From a virus (lineage: Duplodnaviria > Caudoviricetes), in the IMG/VR virus record IMGVR_UViG_3300028809_000019, positions 1 through 50,088 of that record: DNA of 50,088 bases; one strand, 5' to 3'. Position 1 is the stretch's first letter, and the number at the start of each line of letters is the position of its first letter. The position numbers were made by a program, and so were the translations under genes. The notes beneath the pieces were generated by a model that saw only the letters and a program-made list of their open reading frames with translations, searched no databases and had not been told where the DNA came from. Positions 42,298-50,088 of this stretch are shown piece by piece.

Positions 42298-43782
42298 ATG
42301 GCGAATAGCATCCCGGCGAAAGATATCGTCAATGTCGTGCCGGGTGTCGTCAGCCCCGGCGGAACCGGCCTCGATATGGTCGGGCTGATCCTGACCGAGT
42401 CCGTCCGTGCGCCGGTCGGCCAAGTCCTACGGTTCCCGACCGCGCGCGCCGTCTCCGATTATTTCGGTCCGACCAGCGACGAGGCGAACGCCGCGACCAT
42501 CTATTTTAACGGCTACGCCGGCGCGACGTCGGTTCCGGCGTTCATCCTGTTCTCGGCGCACACGCTGACCGCCCGTGCTGGCTGGATCCGCGGCGCCGCG
42601 CTCGGTCTGACGCTGGCCGAACTGCAAGCCCTGACCGGCACGCTGACGATCGACTTCGGCGGCACCCCCATCACCAGCGCCGCAATCGTGCTGACCACCG
42701 CCACGAGCTTTTCGAACGCCGCGACCATCATTCAGGCGGCCTTTACGTCGCCGGACTTCGCGGTCACTTACGACGGCCTGACCGGATCGTTCCTGTTCAC
42801 CAGCACGGCGACGGGTGACGTGGCGACGATCGTCTATGCGACCGGCACGATCGCGGCGGGTCTGAAGCTGACCGAAGCGACTGGCGCGACCCTCTCCCAG
42901 GGGCAGGACGCCCAGACCGCCGCCGAGACGATGGACGCGGTAACGGACGCAACGCAGAACTTCGTGACCTTTACGCATCTGGCCGAACTGACCGACGACG
43001 AGATCGTCGAGTTCGCGACGTGGAACGGCACGCAGGACGACCGGTTCCTTTACGTCGCCTGGACGGACTCGCCGGCCGCCATCACGAACAGCGACACGAC
43101 CAGCCCCGCCGTGCGGATCGCCGCGCTCGAACTGTCGGGAACGGCAAGCATCTGGTCGCCGACGTTCCACAAGGCCGTGTTTATTCTCGGTTACGCAGCG
43201 GCGATCGACTTCAACCGCGACAATGGCCGCACGGTCGCCGCGTTCCGTCGGGGCCAAGGGCTCGCCGCGGACGTGACGAACCAGACGATCGCGAACAACC
43301 TGCTCGCCAACGGCTATAGTTTCTATGGCACCTACGCGACGGCCAACGACGACTTCACGTGGATTTATAACGGCACGGTCAGCGGCCCGTTCGCGTTCAT
43401 CGACTCGTATCTCAATCAGATTTGGATGAACAACGCGTTCCAGCTGTCGCTGATGAACCTGCTTGGGCAGGTCGGCCAGATCCCCTATAATGATGACGGT
43501 TACGAGCTGATCGGCGCCGGCTTGACCACCGATATTTCCAACGCGGTCGACTTCGGCGCGATCCGTGCGGGCGTGGTCCTGTCCGAAGCGCAAAAGACGA
43601 TCATTATCGGAATCGCCGGTTCGGACATTTCTGACATTCTCTTTACCCGCGGCTGGGAACTGACAATCCAAGATCCCGGCCCGGCTGTCCGTGCCGAACG
43701 CGGCTCGCCGATCTGCACGTTCTTTTATACGGATGGTCAGTCGGTCCAGAAGATCACTCTCTCCAGCCTGATGGTGCAATAA
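42298..43782 (+). CDS. Tail sheath protein (DUF3383-like)
   Basis: IPA..IV.V.PGV, YG.YAT.N, D.Y.NQIW, IPYN..G, R.SP....FY.DG. Confidence 0.92.
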   Translation: MANSIPAKDIVNVVPGVVSPGGTGLDMVGLILTESVRAPVGQVLRFPTARAVSDYFGPTSDEANAATIYFNGYAGATSVPAFILFSAHTLTARAGWIRGAALGLTLAELQALTGTLTIDFGGTPITSAAIVLTTATSFSNAATIIQAAFTSPDFAVTYDGLTGSFLFTSTATGDVATIVYATGTIAAGLKLTEATGATLSQGQDAQTAAETMDAVTDATQNFVTFTHLAELTDDEIVEFATWNGTQDDRFLYVAWTDSPAAITNSDTTSPAVRIAALELSGTASIWSPTFHKAVFILGYAAAIDFNRDNGRTVAAFRRGQGLAADVTNQTIANNLLANGYSFYGTYATANDDFTWIYNGTVSGPFAFIDSYLNQIWMNNAFQLSLMNLLGQVGQIPYNDDGYELIGAGLTTDISNAVDFGAIRAGVVLSEAQKTIIIGIAGSDISDILFTRGWELTIQDPGPAVRAERGSPICTFFYTDGQSVQKITLSSLMVQ

Positions 43783-43786
43783 GACT

Positions 43787-44227
43787 ATGGCCAACAATCG
43801 GACTCTCACCGCCGCGAACGCCATCATCATGATCGGCGTGCAGGGCCTATTCGACACGCCTCGTCGCTTGCAGGGCTTCGCGGCGGATAACGTCACGACG
43901 ATCGACCCGGTATCGAACGCCGAGACGTCCATGGGTATCGACGGGCGGCTGTCGGCCGGTTTCATTCACAACCCGATCCAACAGGCCATCACGCTCCAGG
44001 CGGACAGCGAGTCGGTCGACATGTTCGAATTTTGGAACGCCTCGCAGCGTCAGCGCCGGGAGGCCTATGTGTGCTTCGGGTCGATCCTCCTGCGCGCTAC
44101 GGGCAAACGCTACGTGATGACGCGCGGCTTCCTGACCACGGCGAGCCTGATGCCTGCCATTAACAAGACGCTCCAGCCGCGCCAGTTTACGCTGATGTGG
44201 GAGAACGTCACGGTCGGGCCGGCTTAA
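43787..44227 (+). CDS. Tail tube protein
   Basis: T.T.AN, LQGF..D, MG.DG.LSAG, LQADS; follows the sheath. Confidence 0.88.
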   Translation: MANNRTLTAANAIIMIGVQGLFDTPRRLQGFAADNVTTIDPVSNAETSMGIDGRLSAGFIHNPIQQAITLQADSESVDMFEFWNASQRQRREAYVCFGSILLRATGKRYVMTRGFLTTASLMPAINKTLQPRQFTLMWENVTVGPA

Positions 44228-44250
44228 CGAATACCTGCTCCTTGGGTCGC

Positions 44251-44291
44251 AAAGAAAACCCCCGGTAGCTTACGAGCCGCCGGGGGTTTTT
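44251..44291. terminator. Bidirectional intrinsic terminator
   Basis: AAAACCCCCGGTAGCT-TACG-AGCCGCCGGGGGTTTT, with A/T runs on both sides. Confidence 0.85.
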
Positions 44292-44380
44292 CGTTCGTAG
44301 GGGGCGAACGGTTTTACTTATATCCGCGCATTTTGGCCTCCTGGGTTAGAGAATCAAAACAAGCACTACACTTCTAACCC
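44252..44380 (-). ncRNA. Candidate ~125-nt structured sRNA / minigene transcript (MRGYK, 44314-44331)
   Basis: Own promoter and terminator; three hairpins; AGGAGG-5nt-ATG CGC GGA TAT AAG TAA. Confidence 0.6.
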
Positions 44381-44384
44381 CGCC

Positions 44385-44446
44385 AGATTGCCCGCATCTG
44401 ACCGCCCCGTCAATACCTTTCTTTCCTCCCGCGCGAGCCTTATTGT
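44385..44446. promoter_or_regulatory. Bidirectional cassette 3: palindrome variant 44398-44413; leftward TTGACG-17-CAATCT; rightward TATTGT 44441-44446
   Basis: 27-nt match with one mismatch to cassette 1; same 27-nt spacing to the rightward -10. Confidence 0.75.
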
Positions 44447-44486
44447 CGGCCCCGGCCCCTCACGGGGGCTAATCAGGGAGTGACCA

Positions 44487-44996
44487 ATGGCACGCAAAGT
44501 AAAGATGATCCGCATACCGGCAGACCCGCCGAGTCGGGACGCGGGCAAGACCTTCCAGCTGACCGAAATGTCCGCCGCGCAGTCCGAAAAATGGGCCCTT
44601 CGCGCGCTCGGGGCTATCGCGAACAGCGGCATGGAAATTCCCGAAGACGTGATGCGCCTCGGTATGGGCGCCCTCGTGGCGGTCGGCTTCAAAGGTCTGC
44701 TGACCATGCAGTTCGACGAGGCCGAGCCGCTGCTGGACGAAATGATGGATTGCATCGTGATCGTGCCGGACCCGAAGAACCCCGGCGTCGTCCGGCCCGT
44801 CGATGACGAGGATATTGAGGACGTGACGACCCGCCTGACTTTGCGTTCGGAGGTGTTCGAATTGCACACGGGTTTTTCGCCGGCCGGCTTCCTCTCGAAA
44901 TTAGGGACGTCGGCGAAACAGACCCCGGTTACGTCGGATTTGCCAACGTCCCCCAAACCATCGGCAACGCCGTCGCCAGCGGACGGGCAACCCTGA
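44487..44996 (+). CDS. Tail assembly chaperone (G-like)
   Basis: RD.GK.F..TEMSA.Q.E.WA, PLLDEM..C, DIE.V.T...LR; between tube and tape measure. Confidence 0.85.
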   Translation: MARKVKMIRIPADPPSRDAGKTFQLTEMSAAQSEKWALRALGAIANSGMEIPEDVMRLGMGALVAVGFKGLLTMQFDEAEPLLDEMMDCIVIVPDPKNPGVVRPVDDEDIEDVTTRLTLRSEVFELHTGFSPAGFLSKLGTSAKQTPVTSDLPTSPKPSATPSPADGQP

Positions 44997-45115
44997 TCGA
45001 GCTGCAAACCGTCTACGGCCTGGAGGATCTTTACGACCTGCTGGAAATTGGCCGGATCGAGTCGTATAACGAACGTCTGGCGCACGAGGCCGCCGCTAAT
45101 CGGGACGACGGATAA
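44870..45115 (+). CDS. -1 frameshift extension of the chaperone (GT-like)
   Basis: Slippery G GGT TTT at 44870-44876; -1 frame open for 81 codons (...ATLIELQTVYGLEDLYDLLE...) to a TAA overlapping the tape measure ATG. Confidence 0.8.
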   Translation, partial: GFFAGRLPLEIRDVGETDPGYVGFANVPQTIGNAVASGRATLIELQTVYGLEDLYDLLEIGRIESYNERLAHEAAANRDDG

Positions 45116-46770
45116 TGGCTGAAATTGTGGATGCCTTTGTTGCGACCCTTGGGCTTGACGATACTGATTACAAAAAGAAAAGCCGCGAATATCGGGACGA
45201 CCGCAAGCGGCTGGCCGAAGAGGAACAGAAGCAAAATCGCATCTCGCAGGACGGCCAGTCCCGCACGGTCGCCGGGCTCCGCACGCTGCGGAATGAAACC
45301 GCCGGTTTCCTGCTTATGCTGGCCGGGGCGACCAGTCTCGTCGGGTTCGCCAAGGACATGCTTACCGCCGATGCCGCGACGGGTCGCTTTGCCCGAAATA
45401 CCGGCATGGCGACCGAGCGCGTCTCGGTCTGGGAGAACGCGCTTAAACAGGTCGGCGGGACGGCGCAGGAAGCCCAGCAAGCCCTCGGGACGCTGTTCGG
45501 TATCTTCCAGAACTACCAGCTTACCGGAGACCTATCGAAAGGCGGCGCGCTCGCATTTTTCGGCCTGTCCGAACGCGACCTGAAAGACCCGGAAGCCGCG
45601 TTGCTCCGCATCTCCGAGGTCGTCAAGAACATGCCTCGTGAGGACGTCGAGGCGCGACTAGCCACGCTAGGTCTGTCCGGGTCGATCGTCGGGCTGTTGG
45701 CGGGCGACCGCGGCGAATTGGGTAAGCTCCTGGCGTCGGTTGAGGCGGCAGGCGTGGCCAATGATGATTCGGCCGAAGCGGCGATGGACCTCGAGGCGGA
45801 ACTGGCCAAGACCGCCCAGACCCTCCAAGGCATCGCGCGACCTGCCGTTACCGAACTGGCGACCGCCTTCACGCAGCTTACCGGGATCGTGAACGACATG
45901 ATCGGTCCGATGGGTGCCGTACGCGATTGGTTTATGTCGATCGCGGATAGCAATGTCGGGAAGATGATTTCCGGCGGCGACTATAAAAACATCTGGGATT
46001 ATATCGGCGAGGGCGTAGGCGGTCGGGGCGGCCAGTTGCTTAAGGAACGGTGGGGCTCGCAGGGCAAAGGAGGTTCGGGCGGCGGAGGTGCCGGTATTGG
46101 CGGTATGATCCAGCGGAACCTCGATCTATTTTCGGGCGCCATGGGCGGCGGGAGCAACGGCACGCCCCCGGCAACCGGCGGACGGCCACGTGGTCGACTC
46201 ACACGTGCGGAGCGCAATAACAATCCCGGCAATATCGAGGACGGCGCGTTCGCTCGTCGCCAGTACGGTTATGTCGGCGGGGATGGGCGGTTCGCCAAGT
46301 TCTCGTCGGCCGATGCGGGCTTCGCGGCCATGGAAAACTTGCTGCGCGGTCGGGGCTATGCGGGCGGCGGGCGCAATACGATCGCCAAAATTATCAGCAA
46401 ATACGCCCCATCGTCCGAAAATAATGTCGGTGCCTATGCTTCGGCGGTTGAACGGGCGACCGGGATCAACCGTCACAAACCGTTGAGCCCCGCCGAGATA
46501 CGGGCCGTGTCACGCGCAATGGCCCGCCACGAGGGCTATCGGGGCGGGAGCGTGGATATTGCGGCAGGTTCGACCTACGTCGCCCGGCGCGGCCCGCAGT
46601 CGTCCCGTGCGGCTGGTGGCGCGTCGAGCAACCAATCGAACGTGACGACCGTCGGCCAGATCAACGTCTATACGCCCGCGGCGAATGCGGAGGGTATCAC
46701 TCGCGATATTCGTAGCGCTATGGCTGCGCGCGGCCTCGTCGTGCAGGCTGGGAACGGCTTGCGACCCTGA
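45115..46770 (+). CDS. Tape measure protein with C-terminal lysozyme-like RNNNPGNI domain
   Basis: Helical Ala/Gly-rich body; RNNNPGNI...YAP..ENN...Y...M...EG. Confidence 0.85.
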   Translation: MAEIVDAFVATLGLDDTDYKKKSREYRDDRKRLAEEEQKQNRISQDGQSRTVAGLRTLRNETAGFLLMLAGATSLVGFAKDMLTADAATGRFARNTGMATERVSVWENALKQVGGTAQEAQQALGTLFGIFQNYQLTGDLSKGGALAFFGLSERDLKDPEAALLRISEVVKNMPREDVEARLATLGLSGSIVGLLAGDRGELGKLLASVEAAGVANDDSAEAAMDLEAELAKTAQTLQGIARPAVTELATAFTQLTGIVNDMIGPMGAVRDWFMSIADSNVGKMISGGDYKNIWDYIGEGVGGRGGQLLKERWGSQGKGGSGGGGAGIGGMIQRNLDLFSGAMGGGSNGTPPATGGRPRGRLTRAERNNNPGNIEDGAFARRQYGYVGGDGRFAKFSSADAGFAAMENLLRGRGYAGGGRNTIAKIISKYAPSSENNVGAYASAVERATGINRHKPLSPAEIRAVSRAMARHEGYRGGSVDIAAGSTYVARRGPQSSRAAGGASSNQSNVTTVGQINVYTPAANAEGITRDIRSAMAARGLVVQAGNGLRP

Positions 46771-46885
46771 CCGCCTCGGCGCGCAACCGCTTGTGCCGTC
46801 GGGCTTCCAGATAGTCGGCAATATGCTGGACGTGGGCGCGACGCCCGGTCTCGTCGGGGAAATACGCGGCTTCAGAATATACCAT
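46718..46885 (-). CDS. Possible 55-aa basic protein (not in ORF track)
   Basis: MVYSEAAYFPDETGRRAHVQHIADYLEARRHK...; starts 3 nt after the upstream stop; overlaps the end of the tape measure gene. Confidence 0.45.
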   Translation of the reverse strand: MVYSEAAYFPDETGRRAHVQHIADYLEARRHKRLRAEAVRVASRSQPARRGRAQP

Positions 46886-46888
46886 CGG

Positions 46889-47059
46889 TCAGGCGATCGA
46901 GATCAAGAGGTCGGCAACCTCCGACACGTCCATCGAAATCAGATAGCCCTCGATTTCGGCGGGATTGCTGGCGGCGTATTTAGCCGCCTTCGCCGCGCCG
47001 TGCATTCCGAGAGCTTTCATTTCAGTCAGTTCGGTGATTACGTCGTTAATGTCGGCCAT
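46889..47059 (-). CDS. 56-aa acidic helical moron protein
   Basis: AAGGAGA SD before ATG 47059; directly after the cassette 4 promoter. Confidence 0.75.
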   Translation of the reverse strand: MADINDVITELTEMKALGMHGAAKAAKYAASNPAEIEGYLISMDVSEVADLLISIA

Positions 47060-47081
47060 GTCGTGTCTCCTTGTTGACCCC

Positions 47082-47149
47082 CGTTTACCTACCATTGACC
47101 GTCCCGTCAATACCTATTTTTCCCCCCGCCCATGTGGCATTGTCGGACC
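47082..47149. promoter_or_regulatory. Bidirectional cassette 4: palindrome 47095-47110; leftward TTGACG-17-TAAACG; rightward CATTGT 47138-47143 before leaderless ATG 47150
   Basis: 33-bp identity with cassette 2. Confidence 0.8.
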
Positions 47150-48076
47150 ATGAGCGCGCTTTACCCTAATGTGCCGGACGTCCCCGGCGTCCCGGTCGTC
47201 AATCGCGCGACCACGGCCATATCAACAGCGATCGACGGTGCCGCGCAATCACGCAGCGCCTCGCAGGTCGGTCTGGACCTGATCGAAGCGGGCGACTTCC
47301 CGACTGCGGCCCTGTCGTTCATAGCGGGCGGCAACCTTGCGCAAGCGGCCCTCGTGCTGGTCGATCCCGTATTTGCCAGCGGCTCGTTACCGTCCGGGGC
47401 GCTCAACTCGGCGGCGGGCATGGCGCAAGGTGCGGCCAACGCTCTTACATCCGGCGACATTGCGGGCGCGGTCAACGCGGGCCTTCAGTCGATCAGCTAT
47501 GCGACCGAAGCGATCCTGTCGATGCGGGACGTCCTCAACCCGCCGGGCGTGCCGATACTGGCCGACAGCGGTCCCGAGGTTCAAGCCGATATCGCCCAGC
47601 AATGGGGGCTTTACGATCAGAGCGGATTGCCTGCCGTTCTCGCCGATAACGTCCAATCGCTGGAAGTCACGCTCGAGGCGCAAATTAGCGACTTCCCCGT
47701 CGAGAACGGCGGGTTCGCCTCGTATAATAAAGTGATCCGCCCTTTCGACGTGCGAGTCGCCATGACGAAAGGCGGATCGGTAGAGGATCGCCAGGCGTTC
47801 GTGCAGCAAGTGCAGGACGCGTGGCAATCGCTCGAGCTGTTTAATGTGGTCACGCCTGAGGTCGTTTATCTGGACGTCAACGTCGTGGGCGTGCGGCGAC
47901 TGGTCGAGTCGGACCGCGGTGTCGGGTTAATGATGCTCGACGTATCTTTACGCAAGGTCCGTCAGACCGGGCGTCTGGCATTTACCAGCACGGCGCAACC
48001 GGCGAGCGCGGGCGTCAACAATAACGGCGCGGTCCAGACGCAAACAGACTTCCGGTATGAAGGGACCGTCAGCTAA
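47150..48076 (+). CDS. Baseplate / tube-initiator (Dit-like) protein
   Basis: P.VP.VPGVP, QWG.Y, SDFPVE.G.FASYNKV..P. Confidence 0.82.
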   Translation: MSALYPNVPDVPGVPVVNRATTAISTAIDGAAQSRSASQVGLDLIEAGDFPTAALSFIAGGNLAQAALVLVDPVFASGSLPSGALNSAAGMAQGAANALTSGDIAGAVNAGLQSISYATEAILSMRDVLNPPGVPILADSGPEVQADIAQQWGLYDQSGLPAVLADNVQSLEVTLEAQISDFPVENGGFASYNKVIRPFDVRVAMTKGGSVEDRQAFVQQVQDAWQSLELFNVVTPEVVYLDVNVVGVRRLVESDRGVGLMMLDVSLRKVRQTGRLAFTSTAQPASAGVNNNGAVQTQTDFRYEGTVS

Positions 48077-48381
48077 TGGCCGTCGAGCGCATCCCCCTCA
48101 ATCCGCAGCCCTCGCAAGTCCTGTCGGTCCAGCTGGGCGGCCAGTCCTGTCGCATTGCCGTCCGCCAGCGCCGCACGGGCGTCTTTGTCGACCTGTACGT
48201 GCAGGACGCGCCGATCGGTCTCGGCATGAAGGCGCTGGATCGTAAATTTATGGTTCGGGCCGCCTATACCGGATTTATTGGCGATCTGTTTTTCGTGGAC
48301 ACGCAGGGCGAAGAGGATCCGCAATATGCCGGGCTCGGCTCGCGCTGGCAGCTGGCGTGGGACTCGGCGGCCGCGATATGA
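48076..48381 (+). CDS. Small baseplate protein
   Basis: IPL...PSQ, Y.GF.GDL.F.DTQG..DP.Y.GLG.RW.L. Confidence 0.82.
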   Translation: MAVERIPLNPQPSQVLSVQLGGQSCRIAVRQRRTGVFVDLYVQDAPIGLGMKALDRKFMVRAAYTGFIGDLFFVDTQGEEDPQYAGLGSRWQLAWDSAAAI

Positions 48382-49265
48382 CCTTCGTCCGCCGGGAGAT
48401 TAATTTAGCGTTCGTGCTGGGTGAAGGGTCGTTCGGCGAGGGCGACTCGAACGCTGTCGAGATTACCGGCCTTCGCACGTCCGCCCAGATCACGCGGGCG
48501 GGCGGCGTGTCCATGAGTTCGCTTAACCTGCGGGTCTGGGGGATGCCACTGGACGTCATGCAAAAACTGTCGGTCCTTAATATCCTGGCGCTTCAGCAAT
48601 ACCGCCGGAACGTCGTGACCGTCACGGCTGGCGACGCGGAAAATGGCTTCGGGGTCGTTTTTTCCGGCGAGATTAAGGAAGCGTGGGTCGACGCGGAAAA
48701 CTCCCCGGACGTATGTTTCACCCTGACCGCCTTCGAAGGCATGACGGACAAGGTGCGGCCAGTTGCGCCCAATAGCTTCAAGGGCTCGGCGTCGGTGGAC
48801 GTGCTGATGGGCAGTATCGCCCGGCAGATGCAGCCGCCGCGAACGTTCGAAAATAACGGCGTCGATGTGACGCTCGATAATGTTTATCTGCCCGGCACGT
48901 TGGACGCGCAGGTCCGCAAGATTGCCGATGCGGCACAATGTGTCGTCTATATGGATAGTGCGGTTCTCGCCATCTGGCCGGTCGGCAGCGCGCGGGGCGG
49001 CGCGATCCTCGAACTGTCCGCAGCGAACGGTCTGGTCGGTTATCCGCAGTTCTCGCAGACCGGCGTGTCGCTGACCGTCCTCTATACGCCGTCGCTCAGC
49101 TACGGGCAGAAAATACGGCTCCGATCGACGCTCGGCTCTCCCGCCAATGGCGACTGGATCGTGGCGAACGTCACGCACAATCTGGACAGCGAGACGCCCG
49201 GCGGCCAGTGGTTTACCTATGTCGAGTGCGGGCGGGACGGCTTCCCGACTCCGGTGATCGGATGA
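48378..49265 (+). CDS. Baseplate hub (gp27-like)
   Basis: V.AGD, FEN.GV, G.VGYP, GPW/GQW; precedes the spike. Confidence 0.85.
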   Translation: MTFVRREINLAFVLGEGSFGEGDSNAVEITGLRTSAQITRAGGVSMSSLNLRVWGMPLDVMQKLSVLNILALQQYRRNVVTVTAGDAENGFGVVFSGEIKEAWVDAENSPDVCFTLTAFEGMTDKVRPVAPNSFKGSASVDVLMGSIARQMQPPRTFENNGVDVTLDNVYLPGTLDAQVRKIADAAQCVVYMDSAVLAIWPVGSARGGAILELSAANGLVGYPQFSQTGVSLTVLYTPSLSYGQKIRLRSTLGSPANGDWIVANVTHNLDSETPGGQWFTYVECGRDGFPTPVIG

Positions 49266-49921
49266 CCGCCAACGAACAAGCCTATACGACCTTCGGGTCG
49301 CTGCCGGACACGACCGACGAGTTTAACCGCATGTCGTTCGTCGTGCGGTCGATAATGGCGCAGCAAGCGACCACGACGCTGGTTATCGTGCGGGCAGTCG
49401 AGGACGGCTCGGTCGACGTGCAGCCGATGGTCGCGCAGGTCGACGGGGCGGGCAATGCGGTCGATCACGGCATTATCCACGGTCTGCCCGTCTGGCGGCT
49501 CCAGGGGGGCAGCAGTGCTGTCATTGTCGAGCCGACCGTCGGTGATATCGGTCTAGCCGTCTTTGCCAGCACGGACATATCGAACGTCAAGCGCGCGAAG
49601 GAACCGACCACGCCGGGCAGTTTCCGCCGGTTCGATTGGTCGGACGGGATTTATCTGGGTGGTCTGTTGAACGCCGCGCCGAGCCAGTTCGTGCGGATGG
49701 ACGACGAGGGCGTGACGATCACCGCGGCCCCTGGTCTGCCGGTTACGTTCAACGCCGACAGCGTAGTCATCAACGCTGATACGGTCAGTATGTCCGGCGA
49801 TCTGACCGTTGCGGGTAGCATAACGAGCGGGCCCGGCAGCACGTTCGATGGCGTCGCGTTCGACACGCACGTCCATTCGGGCGTTACAACGGGTGGCGGG
49901 TCGAGCGGGCCGCCTGTTTAG
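49262..49921 (+). CDS. Baseplate central spike (gp138/gpV-like)
   Basis: VDVQP.V, P.VGDIG, PGS.R.F...DG.Y.GG, C-terminal THVH metal motif. Confidence 0.9.
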   Translation: MTANEQAYTTFGSLPDTTDEFNRMSFVVRSIMAQQATTTLVIVRAVEDGSVDVQPMVAQVDGAGNAVDHGIIHGLPVWRLQGGSSAVIVEPTVGDIGLAVFASTDISNVKRAKEPTTPGSFRRFDWSDGIYLGGLLNAAPSQFVRMDDEGVTITAAPGLPVTFNADSVVINADTVSMSGDLTVAGSITSGPGSTFDGVAFDTHVHSGVTTGGGSSGPPV

Positions 49922-50088
49922 AGTTGCTGCCAGTGCGCGGCGACTTCCCCGCCTTCGCAAAGCTCGCAGCCCGGCAATCCGCAGTGATCTTGCCATTCTT
50001 CATCGCGCCAGTCATGACGGCCATCAATAAACCGTCGCAACTCACTTTCGCTAAACTCGGGTCGCCGATAATACGTCAGGTCGGCAAA
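49918..50088 (-). CDS. 3' part of the junction-spanning hypothetical protein (C-terminal H-C-x4-C-x2-C cluster)
   Basis: Same frame as 10..369 after circularisation; its stop overlaps the stop of the convergent spike gene. Confidence 0.7.
   Translation of the reverse strand, partial: FADLTYYRRPEFSESELRRFIDGRHDWRDEEWQDHCGLPGCELCEGGEVAAHWQQL
49963..50088. repeat. 126-bp terminal direct repeat, copy 2
   Basis: Identical to 10-135. Confidence 0.95.

Larger units (their letters stand above)
1..50088. mobile_element. Complete circular(ised) myovirus genome, Bcep781/phiPLPE-like organisation; no integrase seen
   Basis: Full head, contractile tail, baseplate, lysis and replication modules; terminal overlap; baseplate genes continue from the window end (spike) to 2594 (wedge). 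Confidence 0.95.

Noticed and set aside
49963-50088. Terminal repeat as a biological DTR or att site
   Set aside because: 126 bp is a typical assembler overlap, and it falls mid-gene
1-50088. tRNA genes, integrase/attP, Z-base (PurZ) or deazaguanine pathway, alternative genetic code
   Set aside because: None recognisable; core genes are intact in the standard code and all three stop codons are used

Overview
The window is an apparently complete, circularly assembled ~49.95-kb tailed-phage genome (positions 10-135 repeat exactly at 49963-50088). It is GC-rich, with a contractile-tail (myovirus) gene set and order resembling Bcep781/Bcep1/phiPLPE-type phages: terS, terL, portal, head morphogenesis, prohead protease/scaffold, decoration protein, major capsid, neck, sheath, tube, chaperone with a -1 frameshift, tape measure, baseplate, fibre and lysis genes. 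The replication module has a family A polymerase, SSB, a Cas4-like exonuclease, an SF2 helicase, a VRR-NUC-like nuclease and a prim-pol/SF3 helicase. I found no integrase, tRNA or CRISPR array. An alphaproteobacterial host is a weak inference. Main observations: (1) A 16-bp palindrome TTGAC-N6-GTCAA occurs 8 times. Four copies form bidirectional cassettes: one arm is the -35 of a leftward sigma70 promoter for an antisense moron, and the site lies exactly 27 nt upstream of a rightward -10 with no -35 that restarts the late operon, mostly leaderless. This is a candidate single-site early/late switch. (2) One of these promoters drives only a ~125-nt three-hairpin RNA with a perfect SD and a 5-codon minigene (MRGYK). 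(3) A C5 methyltransferase has motif IX in an overprinted second frame with repeated WPT units. (4) An origin-like region is built from DnaA-box-like 8-mers. (5) Several sub-60-codon genes are missing from the ORF track, including a Kruppel-type C2H2 zinc finger next to a NADAR-like protein. All family assignments come from reading motifs by eye and from synteny, not from database searches.
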